Source of the DNA: Amoebophrya sp. A120
Taxonomy: Eukaryota > Protista > Dinoflagellata
NCBI GenBank assembly: GCA_905178155.1
Contig: CAJINV010000005.1
Span: 2,234,054 to 2,298,053, forward strand
DNA length: 64,000 bases
Direction: 5' to 3'
Numbering within the stretch: the stretch's first letter is position 1; every line of letters begins with the position of its first letter. Shown piece after piece: positions 24,001 through 35,416 of the stretch. Under the pieces are notes generated by a model. It made no database searches and was not told where the DNA came from. It saw only the letters and a list, made by a program, of their open reading frames with translations. A program made the position numbers and the translations under genes.

Positions 24001-27000
24001 CAAAAATCTGCTTTCTCTCCACAGTGCAGTCAAGGGACTCATGGCAACGTTTGCCATACCACAGAGCCAGCGCCGGTTCCTCCGGAAATACTTGCAGAAA
24101 AACTGGCCGTTCCCGTTGGACATAGACGAAGTCCTGCAGTACGGCGTCTGTGCGGTCGGTGAGAAAGCTCTGGTGCAGGACCCAGAGACGAAAAGGGTGC
24201 ATTTGGTCACCGTCCTCGGCCGGATCGTCAATGCGGCAGGGGCAGAAGGAGGAGGAACGACCGCTGGCGGGACGAGTTTTAGCGCACAGCCGGATGAATC
24301 GTCTAAGGGTGGCGCAAGCGTTTCGGCGTCTACTTCAGCTTCAGCCAGCTCTAGTTCTTTGTCCTGTAGTCGACGACATCCGCCGGAAGAGAATGAAACA
24401 CAAAGAGAAAAAGGTTTCTCGTCTTCGCCAAACATTCAATACGCAGTCGAAGTCACTTACTCCGGAGATTGCGGCCGTGATGATGAGGTTTCTTCCAGCT
24501 CGAGCTCAGCTCATGTATTCCCCTCTTGGTTTCTTGGTGACGTCAAATTACTCAATCGCACCGACCTGCACCTCCTCCTCAGCCCGCTCGATACGGCGAT
24601 GCTGGACAAGTTCAACAATGATCTGCTGCTCAGAAATAAATCTCCGTCGAAAACGAAATCTAAGTTGCGGGCCGCCCTCACTATCCGCGAGGACGACCAC
24701 GACATTTTGGTGCTCGGCGCCGGCGGCAAGGGCGAACGCTGCAACGGGAACTACGGGCGGAAGCCGGTGCGGTTTTTTCGGGGCCGGCCGGTGTACAAGA
24801 ACGAGAAGGGGGCGATTCTGTACTGGGCGGGCTTTTGGAAAATGAACTACTTCGACGACACCGGGAGCTGGTACTTCGCCGTGCCTGGGTCGAAGCACGC
24901 CGCCGAGCCGCCGGAGGGAGATTGCTGGACCAATTACGGGTACACGGGCGGGAAGGCGAAGCCGTTTCCGGTGTTGTACCGGAACGGGAGAACGGATTCG
25001 CTGGTTGCGGCGCTGTTCCAGCAATCTGCTGTTGGTCTTCCAGGAGGAGTAGAGGGGGAATTATCGTCAGGGGGCCATGTTGATGAGGGCGCAGATGATC
25101 TTTCATCTGTTGAAGAGCCAGGTGCGGGTGACGTGTTACCTCGAGCGGCAGCTTCCGGGTGTGGCAGTAGACAACGGAAAAAGAGGGCAGTGGCCAAGCC
25201 GCACGGTGAAGCGGAAGAGTCTTGTTTGAACAAGGGACAGCTGCTGGTTCAGGTACTGCCTGCGGACCGGGACAAATTGTCAACGCCAACCTCATCTACA
25301 TGCAACACACAAAGTAAAATCTCTAGCGGAATTCATGGCTTTTCCCCGCACGAAATCGTGGAAGTGCTCCATTGGCCGCAAGGTGTGCAAGCTGATCTTC
25401 TCTCGCGCAGTAGCACGAGCACGGCTTTCACTGCGAATTTTCCATCCAACGCAGTGATGGTGCGAAGTTTGCTCACCGGGAAACGAGGGTTGATTGACCT
25501 GCCAGGCAAACAACATTATCCGGACTCAGCACCAACAGCGAGTTCTTTCCACGACCCGAAAAGGTTGCAGGACGTGTCCGCTTTGTTAGAGCTTACTGGC
25601 AACCGGGAGACGTTTCCTGCCTGGTGCGTCGAGCGTTTTCTGCCACCAAGAGACTCGCAGTCTGTGTTCTGGCAAGAGTTCTACGGGAGGACGTCGGTTC
25701 GAGGCGGGGATAATGTTGCGAAGTCCACATCAAAGCCATTGGTGCATCGTGGAAGCGATGACCAACATCTCGCTCCAAGAAAATCTTCCCGCGCAGCACG
25801 TCACAGCTCCTTGCAGCAGCATTTTCCGCCGGTGGACTCCTTCGGCTTCACGGAGGAATTTTTACCGTCTTCGTCTGCAACCTCCATCTCCCCCTCAGAC
25901 CACCTCCGCACACGCAGCGCGTCGTACCGCTCGAGGCGTGCCTCTGCCTCGATAGCCGAGGACGACCGGCGGTCGCCCGGGGGGTCAAACCGCTACCCGG
26001 CGACGACGGCACGGTCGAAGGTAACGCGGTTGCTCCGGCAAGCCCGGGAGTTAGAAGTGAACATGCACCGGACACTGCAGGCGGGGGAGCTGGTATAATG
26101 TATGGCTGTTTTTTGCTTTTGATGTTCGCATCAGCAAATTACTTTAGCATCAGATTAAGCATCATCATTTTCGCCACCGTACTGCAAAGAATAGAACCAA
26201 AGTGTTGTCACTTGTTCAACAGGATCTCCACCCGGACACGCCCCCGGACTCGTCTGCAGGAACGCGACCACAGCCAAGTACTCTTTCGCTCACAGCCGAT
26301 GACAGCAGCACAGCCGCAAACGGCCGGGACACAGTGATCAGCTTGACAGGCCCAGGGAACGACGACCACGACGAGGCTTTTCTGCTGAATTGCCATGGCG
26401 CATCACACATTTCTTTGCCCCCTTTCACGGAGGAGCAGACGCCGAACAGGCGGGGATCCCTCGTAAATGACGCAAACGAGGATAACAGGGAGGAAGCAGA
26501 TTTGGACGCAACCTTCCTCGACCCGCCAGTAGACGAGTGGGGCGGAGATACCAGTTTGAGTCTGACGAGTTCCTTTGCACAAGCGGGAAGTAGCAGTTCT
26601 GGATTTCAATCGACGAGTAGCTCGAGACAGCAGGAGCGCGGTCGAAACGTCGGTCTTTTAGGAGCGAACGGCAGTGCAGCTGTGCCGAAATTACAGCAGG
26701 GTACTGCGAAGGAAAGAAGCAAGGCTTTTGAGCAGGACAACACACCCACTTCTCTTGGCGGAGCAGCACTAGAAACGAAGAACCTCAACCCGCACCTCCT
26801 CCGCCTCGACCAGGATTCGGAAAACCTCTTGTCCGCTTTCGACCGCGCTGCTTTGGATGAAGCATGCTCCGAAATCGACCGCCTGCGGGGCAAATTTTCC
26901 TGGCCGAAAGCGAGCGAGAAACCGCGACCCCCGAACGGCGTGCCGGAGATTTTGCTGAAGAGGCCCGATAGTGAAATCGGGCCTACTGGTGGTGTTTCCA

Positions 27001-28913
27001 CCTCAAGCTCATCTTCGACGACGTCTCCGGTGCAACTGCTTTCGTCTTCAAACAGAGCAATGTTCTCCTCCGCAAGCTCATCTTCTAGCACGGTTGGCGC
27101 TTTCAAAATTTTCCTGCAGGTCTTTTCCCAACTCGGCTGCAAGACGGGGGAGTACTGGCTGCGGGGCTTCACGATCCGGTTCACGCAAGACTCCGGTGTA
27201 GACTGGGGGGCACTGACGAAGGCGTTTGCGAAGTTTCTGGTCGAAGATTTGTTTCGCATCGACGCCGGGCTGTTTTTCACGGCCAGTGTGGAATCTGGGT
27301 GCAGCAACTGCCCTACTGCGGACTGGGTAAGTGAAAAAGTTTTCAACCGCGATCCGTCTTTCGTGCGGATTCTCTACAGCTTCATCGGGCGGTTTCTAGG
27401 CTACTGCCTGTACATGCGGTGTCTGGTGCACGCACACTTGTCGCGTTGGGTCTACAAGTGCCTGTTGTCGCCGAAAATCTGGGAAACGTTTCGGAATTTT
27501 TCCGCGGGGAAGCGAAGTGCGATGGTGGAGATGGCTGCTGATAGTTTTGGCAATCACGTGTCCTCGCAGCTTCCAGTCGTCGTTGTGAACGACGAGAACC
27601 ACGACCAAAGCGCTTCCACTTCGGTCTATCCAAGTGCGATGAAGCATCCGGCATATGATCCTGCGCCAGAAGGAAAGTACTGCAACTCCGAGCAGGCTAG
27701 CACGACTTGCAGTCCTGCGACGACGGAAGCTGCCGGGTCATTTGCTACCGGAGGGAGTTTCACTGAGCACAGCGTCGAAAGCGTTTTTGAGATCGCCGAA
27801 CAGGAGGAGCTGTCGGTGCGAGCGAGAGGCGTGCATGTGGATCCTAGTGATCACGAAAAGCCCTTTCACAGCACCGCCTCTGCACCTCTGGCTGATAATG
27901 CGAAACCTACACCACCTTCGCTGGTGCCTGCCACAGCGGCTGGTGCAGCCGCCACCACGAAGACACCAAGCGCAATGTTGAAACAAAACTTCACCAATCC
28001 AGACTCCTTCCTCCTCACCCTGGACGACGACTGCTTTCTCGGTCCGTCCTGGAACAACTCCGCGGAAAGCGCGATAGCCGACCTGGCAACTGTGGACCCG
28101 GTCAAGGCAAAGGGGCTCCGCGAGCTACTCGACTACGAACCGAAGGAGGACGTCGAGGACGTTTTTTGCCTCGATTTTACCCTAGAATTCGACGTTTGCG
28201 GCTACAAAAAAGTGGTGAATTTGCTACAAGTAAATCAGCCGACTAGTGCTGGTGGTGGTGGTGGTGGTGATGGTGGTGCTGTTGGAGACATCAATGGACA
28301 CTCAGAACCACTTCTACCACATCCACCCGCCCTGTCCGTCACAGGCGACAACCGCGAGCAGTACATCCTCTTAGTCTGCAAGTATTTCCTGAAGACCAGT
28401 ATCCGCGACTCCCTCAGTTCCCTGGTCCTCGGCTTCCAATCGGTGATCCCGCAGCAGTGCTATTCGCAGCTAACGCCGATTCTGTTGGAAAAGCTCCTGT
28501 GCGGAAAAATCACCTTCGACGTGGAAGATTTGAAAAGAAGTGTCCGCGTCACGAACCACGACGGGTTGACGGAGGAGACGACTGCGATGAAGCAGCGGAT
28601 AACCTGGTTTTTCGACTGCATCGCGCAGGACTTGACGGTGGAAGAGCAGCAGAAACTGTTGGTCTTCTGGACGGGGACGGCGCAGGTCCCGGCCGCGGGG
28701 TTTGCCGAGCTGTATCCGCCCTTGACGCTGAGTTTGGCCAGCGTGAAGAAGGAAACTTCCAGCTCGACTTCTGCGTTGGGAGAAAATAGCTTACCGCAGA
28801 GCCACGTGTGCTTCAACCGGTTGGATTTGCCGTTTTACCCGTCGAGAGACCGGTTGAAGGTAAAATTGCGGAAAGCGATTCATCTGTGTGGAAACGCGGT
28901 GGCGATTGAGTGA
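21088..28913 (+). CDS. HECT E3 ubiquitin ligase with N-terminal C2 domain and a KEG/Mind-bomb-type SH3-like repeat
   Basis: C2 (RIRILNGHGI...VEW...FEM...VKFELLGRNVFRSNCLLGTGTV). SH3-like VGSFVRVKPNVVPCRGWGKVTKNCVGRV. HECT: F...GVDWGALTK, FIGRFLG, DLATVDP, FWTG...VP..GF, LPQSHVCFNRLDLPFY with the catalytic Cys. Introns at ~21569-21721 and ~26093-26222 join the three ORFs. Confidence 0.9.
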
Positions 28914-29657
28914 GCGGGTGGGGTGGTGGGACAGGTCTCGAAAATCGTACGTACGGTAAATGAATGATGTGGAATCATGTTTCCGGTTTATGGAAGTTTC
29001 AAATTATGTGCAATGTTTCTGTTTCTTCTGACTAAATGCAAGATAAACCCGAAAGCCTACTCAGGCGCCAATTGACATTTTGTTGACAATTAATGAAAGC
29101 AAGAATGAACACTATTCCTGAATGGATGATGAAGCTAGGGACCAAAACTAACACTTTGTATGTCGTGCTGGATAAAAGAAATTGATGCAATCATCATGAC
29201 GAGTTGTACAGCGATTGCTGATGATGTGAAATTTCCCTGCACTCTCGCACGTAGTTCTTGTCGAGGAGACGCGTTCTCTACCAGGCATTCATTGGAATTG
29301 GTTGATCGCGCAAAACGATCCAGTTAAAGTCGAAGAACAGGCTCCACAGATCACGACCGAATCAGGTTCAACTCAAGGTAAAAAGTCATCAGGGAGGTGA
29401 CAAAAGTTCTTGCTGCGCAGACGAGATCCAAGTTCTTATTTCTACAAAAGATCGAAAGATCATACTACTCCAAAACCTTCTTCTTCTTCTTCTTTTGATA
29501 CAGCGACCACAATCTGATTTGAAGTAGTAAATACAAAAATAACCACGTATTGCGGACCTCAGCGACCATTTTTTACCAGCCTTCTTACCATTCGGCATTC
29601 TCCCCCGCACCATACTTTCCCCGATCAAAAAAATAAGTACCACCCACAGCAATAACC

Positions 29658-32600
29658 ATGAAGCAGAAAACCAACCGCCCCCAGGAGCTCACGCTCGACC
29701 CGGTTTTCGAGAAGTATTACCGTGCAAATTGGGGCGATGAGATTTTCGACGCCTTCTGGGAAGCGTCGAAAACCGCCCTTCCCTGTGTCGTCCGCTTACG
29801 GGAGAGTGCGAAGAGAAACCACCTCCGCGACCAGCTTTTGAAATACGGCTGGGAGCCGCTAGAAAGTACGAAGACCGCCAAAAATAATTCCTCCTCCTCC
29901 GCCGACATTGAGGCGTTTTCCCTCCCCGCTGCCGTCTACAGTTTACCCGACAGTACAGATGAAAGGAGCAAAAACAGCAACAAGCACAGAATCCTCTGTG
30001 AAGACGAGAACCGCCGAGGTTTTCTCCAGTTCGGGGAAATCGCGTCGATGCTCCCGGTGATCGCGCTTCAGCCGGAAAAAAACGACAAAATCCTCGATCT
30101 GTGCGCCGCGCCGGGGAACAAAACACTAGCTTTGTCCGACGCCGTCGGGCAGGACGGGCTGGTCTGGGCAAACGACTACGACATCGAGCGGACTTGCTGG
30201 ACGTTGACGCGGCACAGCGGGAAGGCGCGGAGCCGGGGGTTGGTCGTCACCTGCTGGGACGGGGCGACGTTGGGGAAGAAGATTCTGGGCGGTGGCGGAA
30301 AATCGTCAACTTGTAGCACAAGTAGCGCAGCAGCGACTGTTGTGAGCGATGGAAATCGTGAGGGTCTAGACCGCCTTGACGTAGCAGTTGATGCACAAGA
30401 CGACAACATCAAAAGAAGTCCTCTCCTTTTCGACAAAGTGCTCTGCGACGTTCCCTGCAGTGCGGACGGGACTTTGCGGAAGTACCGAGACACGGTGCTG
30501 GACTTCCAGAAGAAGCTCCACTACGCAGTCTGCCAGCTCCACCCTTTGCAGCTGGACTTGCTGGAGTCCGCGTTCCAAATGACGAAAGTCGGCGGGTTAA
30601 TCGCGTATTCCACCTGCTCGTTAAACCCGGTGGAAAACGAGGCGGTGGTTCGGGCGTTTTTGGAAGCGCATGGGGAGGAAGTGGAATTGGTGCCGATCTT
30701 CGACGAGATGAACGAGAATGGAAATTGCGACGGTCGTGGATTCGACCAGGACGATTGCGGCAACGCAGCCTTATTCGGTAGAAAACTTCGCGCAACTCAG
30801 GGCTTCAAATGCATGCCGGGGTTGACGAGGTGGGAAGACGTCGAGCCGTTCTTGGAAACGACAGCGGGGACGGTTGCAGCTTCCGCGACGAGTAGTGCAG
30901 ATGTGGAGAAGGTTGTTCTTCTTGAAGATGAGATGAAGGAACATGCTTTCGACGAAGCCGCACAACAGTCGGAGCCAGTGAAGAAGCCTGCAACTACTAG
31001 TGCAGCGTCCACCTCTCCACCCCATCTCGCCGCAACCCCAAACACCACCGCCAGCTCGCCCGAAGTTTCACCTGTGGCTGCAACTACTGCTGCCAAAACG
31101 ACGTCGAGGAAACCGGTTGTCGACGAGAAGGCGAAGGCCGCGAAAAAGCAGAAGAAAGCGCCGATTCTCCCATCTACCGTCCATCCACCAAAATTCCCGG
31201 ATGAGCGATTGCGAAATTGCGCGCGGGTCATGCCGAATCTGGAGCCCGTTGCGGGTGGGTTTTTCCTCGCCGTGTTTCGGAAGAAGGCGGGGAAAGTGTT
31301 TTGTGGGAAAAGAGCAGCAGCAGCAGCAGCAGCTACGAAGCACGATCAGGATGGAGACGTGGTTATGCAGGTAAGCGCTTCATCCAGTTCCACCTCCACA
31401 ACAACCAATTGTTCTCCTCCCTCCCCGGACCACGAAAAGCAGCTCCAGTTCCGGCAGGCGGGGTATTTCAAGCGACTGCGGGAAAAAGCGAAGTGGCGAC
31501 GGGAATTGTCGAGTAAGTGGGCCCGGTTTTTCACAAGCAAGTACGACGAGGGGCTGTTGCTCGGGTTCGACGAAGAGGTTGGTGGGGAGGAGGGCGACAG
31601 CGAAAAAACAAAAACTATTGGCGGTAAAAAAATAAAGGAAAAACGCGCGTCTGGAGAGGAGACAAAAGAACAAGTGGCGAGAAGCGCAGCAGACAGTGCT
31701 GAAAAAACCGAAGCAAGCCTTGAAGAGAAAGGGCAGCAGGATGCAGCAGCCTCAGAAATAGCTCAAGCCGGCAAGCCGCAAACTTCTGGTGCAACCGACG
31801 CCACACGACAGGTACAAGATCCAGTGAAACCCGAGGGCGCCACCACGACTCTGGAGCGGGACCAAAGCAACCTCCCTTCCCACGTCACCCCCTGGGAATT
31901 TTACGGGTTGGAAAGCTTGAAAGAAGCTCTCACCACGAAAGAATCCGCCACCAGTCTGTTTTTCCACACTTCTCGCGGTCACAGCAAGCCGCGGAAGGTT
32001 TGTATTGCCTCTAGTTTTTTGGGCGAATTCGTTTCTTCCGTTCTGGACACTGAGGAGCAGGAGCGGGACGATTTGAAGCGGAAGAGGGTAGAGGAGCAGG
32101 AGAAGGACAAAGCGCAAGAGACGATGAAATCAGAACAACCCGGATCATCTTCCTCTTCAGCTGAGCCACGAGTCAAGAAAAGCGACAGCGCTGCAGAGCC
32201 AAGTGATCTGCCAAAAGCGGAGGATCAATCCCAAGTGGACATGTCCACGTCCTCTACCGAAAAACAGCCAGAACATCGCGAAGCAATAAAACACCAGAAA
32301 AAACCACCTCCGGTGAAAAAGCAGTTCCAAGACGCCGTCGACCCAGAGATCGGCTTCGCCCTGCCCTTCGTCCAGCTCGGTCTGGCGCTTTTCAAAAGGG
32401 AGCGGAACGAAAAGTACATGCGGCACCTGAAGTGTCGGTACCGGCCGACGCAGAAGTGCGTGGATTTATTGTTGAAGCACCAGACGAAAAGACGGCTGAC
32501 GGTCTGTGCTGACGAAGATTTCACAGCATTTTTGAACCGTGACTTGAAACAGGGGCTGCCGATCAAAGAGCTATTGGAGTGGAGCGAAAGTGGGAGAATC

Positions 32601-32759
32601 ACCGGCGTGGCGAATTTAAATGATGAGGTCGGCGCGGCGCTGCTGTGCAATGGGGATGGGAGTGTGGGGGTTTGTGTGTTTATCACGAGTCAGCGGATGA
32701 TTGTGCAGGCGGAAGAAGAGGATGTGGAGTGGGCGGTTTGGAAGTTGGGTCGAGAATGA
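29658..32759 (+). CDS. NOL1/NOP2/Sun RNA m5C methyltransferase (NSUN2/Trm4-like)
   Basis: ASMLPV, ILDLCAAPGNKT, FDKVLCDVPCSADG (motif IV Cys), YSTCSLNPVENEAVV (motif VI Cys), GGFFLAVFRK. Confidence 0.93.
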   Translation: MKQKTNRPQELTLDPVFEKYYRANWGDEIFDAFWEASKTALPCVVRLRESAKRNHLRDQLLKYGWEPLESTKTAKNNSSSSADIEAFSLPAAVYSLPDSTDERSKNSNKHRILCEDENRRGFLQFGEIASMLPVIALQPEKNDKILDLCAAPGNKTLALSDAVGQDGLVWANDYDIERTCWTLTRHSGKARSRGLVVTCWDGATLGKKILGGGGKSSTCSTSSAAATVVSDGNREGLDRLDVAVDAQDDNIKRSPLLFDKVLCDVPCSADGTLRKYRDTVLDFQKKLHYAVCQLHPLQLDLLESAFQMTKVGGLIAYSTCSLNPVENEAVVRAFLEAHGEEVELVPIFDEMNENGNCDGRGFDQDDCGNAALFGRKLRATQGFKCMPGLTRWEDVEPFLETTAGTVAASATSSADVEKVVLLEDEMKEHAFDEAAQQSEPVKKPATTSAASTSPPHLAATPNTTASSPEVSPVAATTAAKTTSRKPVVDEKAKAAKKQKKAPILPSTVHPPKFPDERLRNCARVMPNLEPVAGGFFLAVFRKKAGKVFCGKRAAAAAAATKHDQDGDVVMQVSASSSSTSTTTNCSPPSPDHEKQLQFRQAGYFKRLREKAKWRRELSSKWARFFTSKYDEGLLLGFDEEVGGEEGDSEKTKTIGGKKIKEKRASGEETKEQVARSAADSAEKTEASLEEKGQQDAAASEIAQAGKPQTSGATDATRQVQDPVKPEGATTTLERDQSNLPSHVTPWEFYGLESLKEALTTKESATSLFFHTSRGHSKPRKVCIASSFLGEFVSSVLDTEEQERDDLKRKRVEEQEKDKAQETMKSEQPGSSSSSAEPRVKKSDSAAEPSDLPKAEDQSQVDMSTSSTEKQPEHREAIKHQKKPPPVKKQFQDAVDPEIGFALPFVQLGLALFKRERNEKYMRHLKCRYRPTQKCVDLLLKHQTKRRLTVCADEDFTAFLNRDLKQGLPIKELLEWSESGRITGVANLNDEVGAALLCNGDGSVGVCVFITSQRMIVQAEEEDVEWAVWKLGRE

Positions 32760-33536
32760 CGTCTGCCTTTGTACTAACTTATTTAAATGCATGAGCTTGC
32801 AGATGCTGATGCAGGAATGCGAAGGCGCGGCGACTTCTCTGGTGCTCTGTTTTTGTTGCGACGCTGGAAATACAGAAGTCTCAGTCTGTTTATTTTCTGA
32901 CACAGTGTCATCGATCAACATTAACACGGAGGATCATCCTTCACCTATGCTGGCTATGTCTGACTACTGCCGATATCCTGTTCGAGACGACGATGTTCAT
33001 CAGGCAAAATGATGTAGCAACATGATCGAGGATTATCATTATTTTCTCAGATGCATGAAATGTGGGAGTCAGGCGTGTTGCTAATCGTGGCCAAAATGTT
33101 TTATCGTCCAAGTTTCTTACAAGAACTGAGCGGAAGAAAGAGCATTACCAGAGCAGCCTTGTTGAGTTTGAACAGTAGAGTCCTTGTCCGTGACGCGATG
33201 AATGCGACTGAGAGGTGAGCGCTCCAGAAGTGTTAGACGCACTCGCTCGTTACATCCAGAAAAATTGATATCTGAGACTCCTCGCCCTCAGGTAATTTCG
33301 TCGAGCGCGTCATCGTTCAGCGTCCCGCCGAGTAGCGCTCAGATGTGAAAGTAGTTTCGGCATCAATGAGAATGAATGCCAACAATATCTCCTTGCGTTT
33401 TTTCATAATCAGAAGAACAATTATCATTATGTAGGCGAGTAGGAGGCCCTCGTCCTCCATCGTTTCCCTTTCGAAGGATCATTCACGGCGCTTCATGCTG
33501 GTTCGCTTCGAGGTTTGCGAACGCATCATGCTGCGC

Positions 33537-34316
33537 ATGTCCACCACCGTCTGGTTGATGTCGTCCTTCGCCGGGATGACTACTGCAGAGAAGGTGGACG
33601 CCACAGGCGACGGGGACGCCTCGGAGCAACCCTCTGGTGAAGGAGACAGCACGGAGAGCATCAATTCTGAGCAAGGTCGTGCGGCTCGTACCGCAGCCGC
33701 CGACAAGGCCGCGAAAGCTAGTCGAACCAGCGAAATACAACATGAAGGGGCAGATTCCATCTTTAACGACCTTCTTGGGGCTGCGCACGCCAGCGCCAAC
33801 GATCATTTGCACCGACTCTTGCAGGCCCTCCCCCAAGCTGACTTAGACCACGCTCCGTTTACCTCGGACGATGTTGAAACGCGTTTACTCCGACACGCCT
33901 TTCAAATAAAAGGAAACCGGGAACCAAGCCAGCTAAAGGCCTTGAGACACGGGATACCAGACACCGACGACGCAGTCGTGTTGGGGGCGCACTTCAAGCG
34001 GTATTGCATCCTCTACGGGTCCGCAGTAGCTGTGTATTCCGGGAGCATTCGTCCCCTCATTCCGACGAGTACACTAGCTCTGCGCATGAACGGGAAGTCG
34101 AAAGACGATGTCGAAGATGAACTCCAAACCGACAACATCGCGTATAAAGCCCAACGCGAAGTCTTGCACATATACTTTCATACGCAGAGCGCTTCTTACC
34201 GGGACGTTTTTCAGGGCACTAAAGTACAGATTTCCGATGAGTGTGTGTTTTTTATAAGAGTGAGTTGTATCTTCTTCTTGATGGTTTTGGTGTTACTTAT
34301 CAGCTTACACCAGTAA
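33537..34316 (+). CDS. Hypothetical protein (probably spliced, boundaries uncertain)
   Basis: ORF of about 260 codons with coding-like composition; no family recognised. Confidence 0.4.
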   Translation: MSTTVWLMSSFAGMTTAEKVDATGDGDASEQPSGEGDSTESINSEQGRAARTAAADKAAKASRTSEIQHEGADSIFNDLLGAAHASANDHLHRLLQALPQADLDHAPFTSDDVETRLLRHAFQIKGNREPSQLKALRHGIPDTDDAVVLGAHFKRYCILYGSAVAVYSGSIRPLIPTSTLALRMNGKSKDDVEDELQTDNIAYKAQREVLHIYFHTQSASYRDVFQGTKVQISDECVFFIRVSCIFFLMVLVLLISLHQ

Positions 34317-35416
34317 CAGTAGTTCTGCAGTTGTAAGCAGATTTCATTAATCTGCAAAATCAAAAAGCACTTCAAGCTACATGCCACTAGTCCTATAATT
34401 CGATGGTCACCTGCACAAAGAACATAATTGAGATAGATGAATGCAAGAAAGAAGCGAGTTATGCTTATGGCATACTACACCACGCGCCGCGTCCTTGCTT
34501 TTTCTTCTTCATTCGTTCCAGCCCTGCTCCGTTCCCATTTCGCTTTCATTGTCAATGGCTGGAGCGGCAGATGATGATCGATCTGTACACCGTCGGCGAA
34601 CGGTTTGCAAACTCAAGCCGCTGCCCAGGGTGCAAGTTAAAACGTCCACACTTACCAACTGACCACCAGAACGAAAATCAATGACTCGCTTGCTTGCGCC
34701 TTATCCTCCTTTGCTTCTTCAGGTTCCTGGCCATGCCCTCCATGTTCCTAAAAACTACATGAAAAATCATTACAGATACAGAAGTGTGGTTTTCAATTAT
34801 CTATTTTTCCATTCTGTTTGCTTTGACATTAGTATTATTGTTGTACTCTTACAGATCGTCGAAGATCAGGCTCAAAAGGTGAAGTTCGTTGAATTGGAGA
34901 ATGTAGCAGACCACCGTCGGCAGAAGAAGTTATTGTAGAGAATTTCAGGCTAAGTTTACATCGACCCGGACGTGTGGACGAGATCCGCGTTCGCGCGTAC
35001 GCCGGTCTGCGTGGTGTGGTTGTTTCGGGCAGCCGAGCTTGAGACCTGTCATTTTTTGGTCTGGGCCCATATTATTGCTAACCGCCCCCAGGTATATTTA
35101 GTTGCACAGCTGCGAAGCAAGCACGTCTGGCGAAGCTTCCGGATATAGAGAGCCAGAATGACTCTGGCTCTCCACGAGGGGCTATCCACGTTGGTTTACA
35201 GTTCTGAAAAGTAGCAGGCTCGGCACCAGACTCATGAAAAATTGGTCCCGGGGTTCAAAAGAAACGCAGGTACAAGAGTACAAAGGTCCTCAGCCTGCTC
35301 GCCCGTTGGTTGCAAGCATGCCATGCAGAAAGGACCTTGCCCGCTCGGCCGGGTGGATGATTAGAAACCTAGGCTGCAAATTCTCTCAATAATCTGAACC
35401 TGGTGCAAAGAAATTC

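Noticed and set aside
35020-35092. Possible snRNA (Sm-site-like ATTTTTTGG between GC-rich segments)
   Set aside because: No U1/U2/U4/U5/SL signature recognisable; an Rfam search would be needed.
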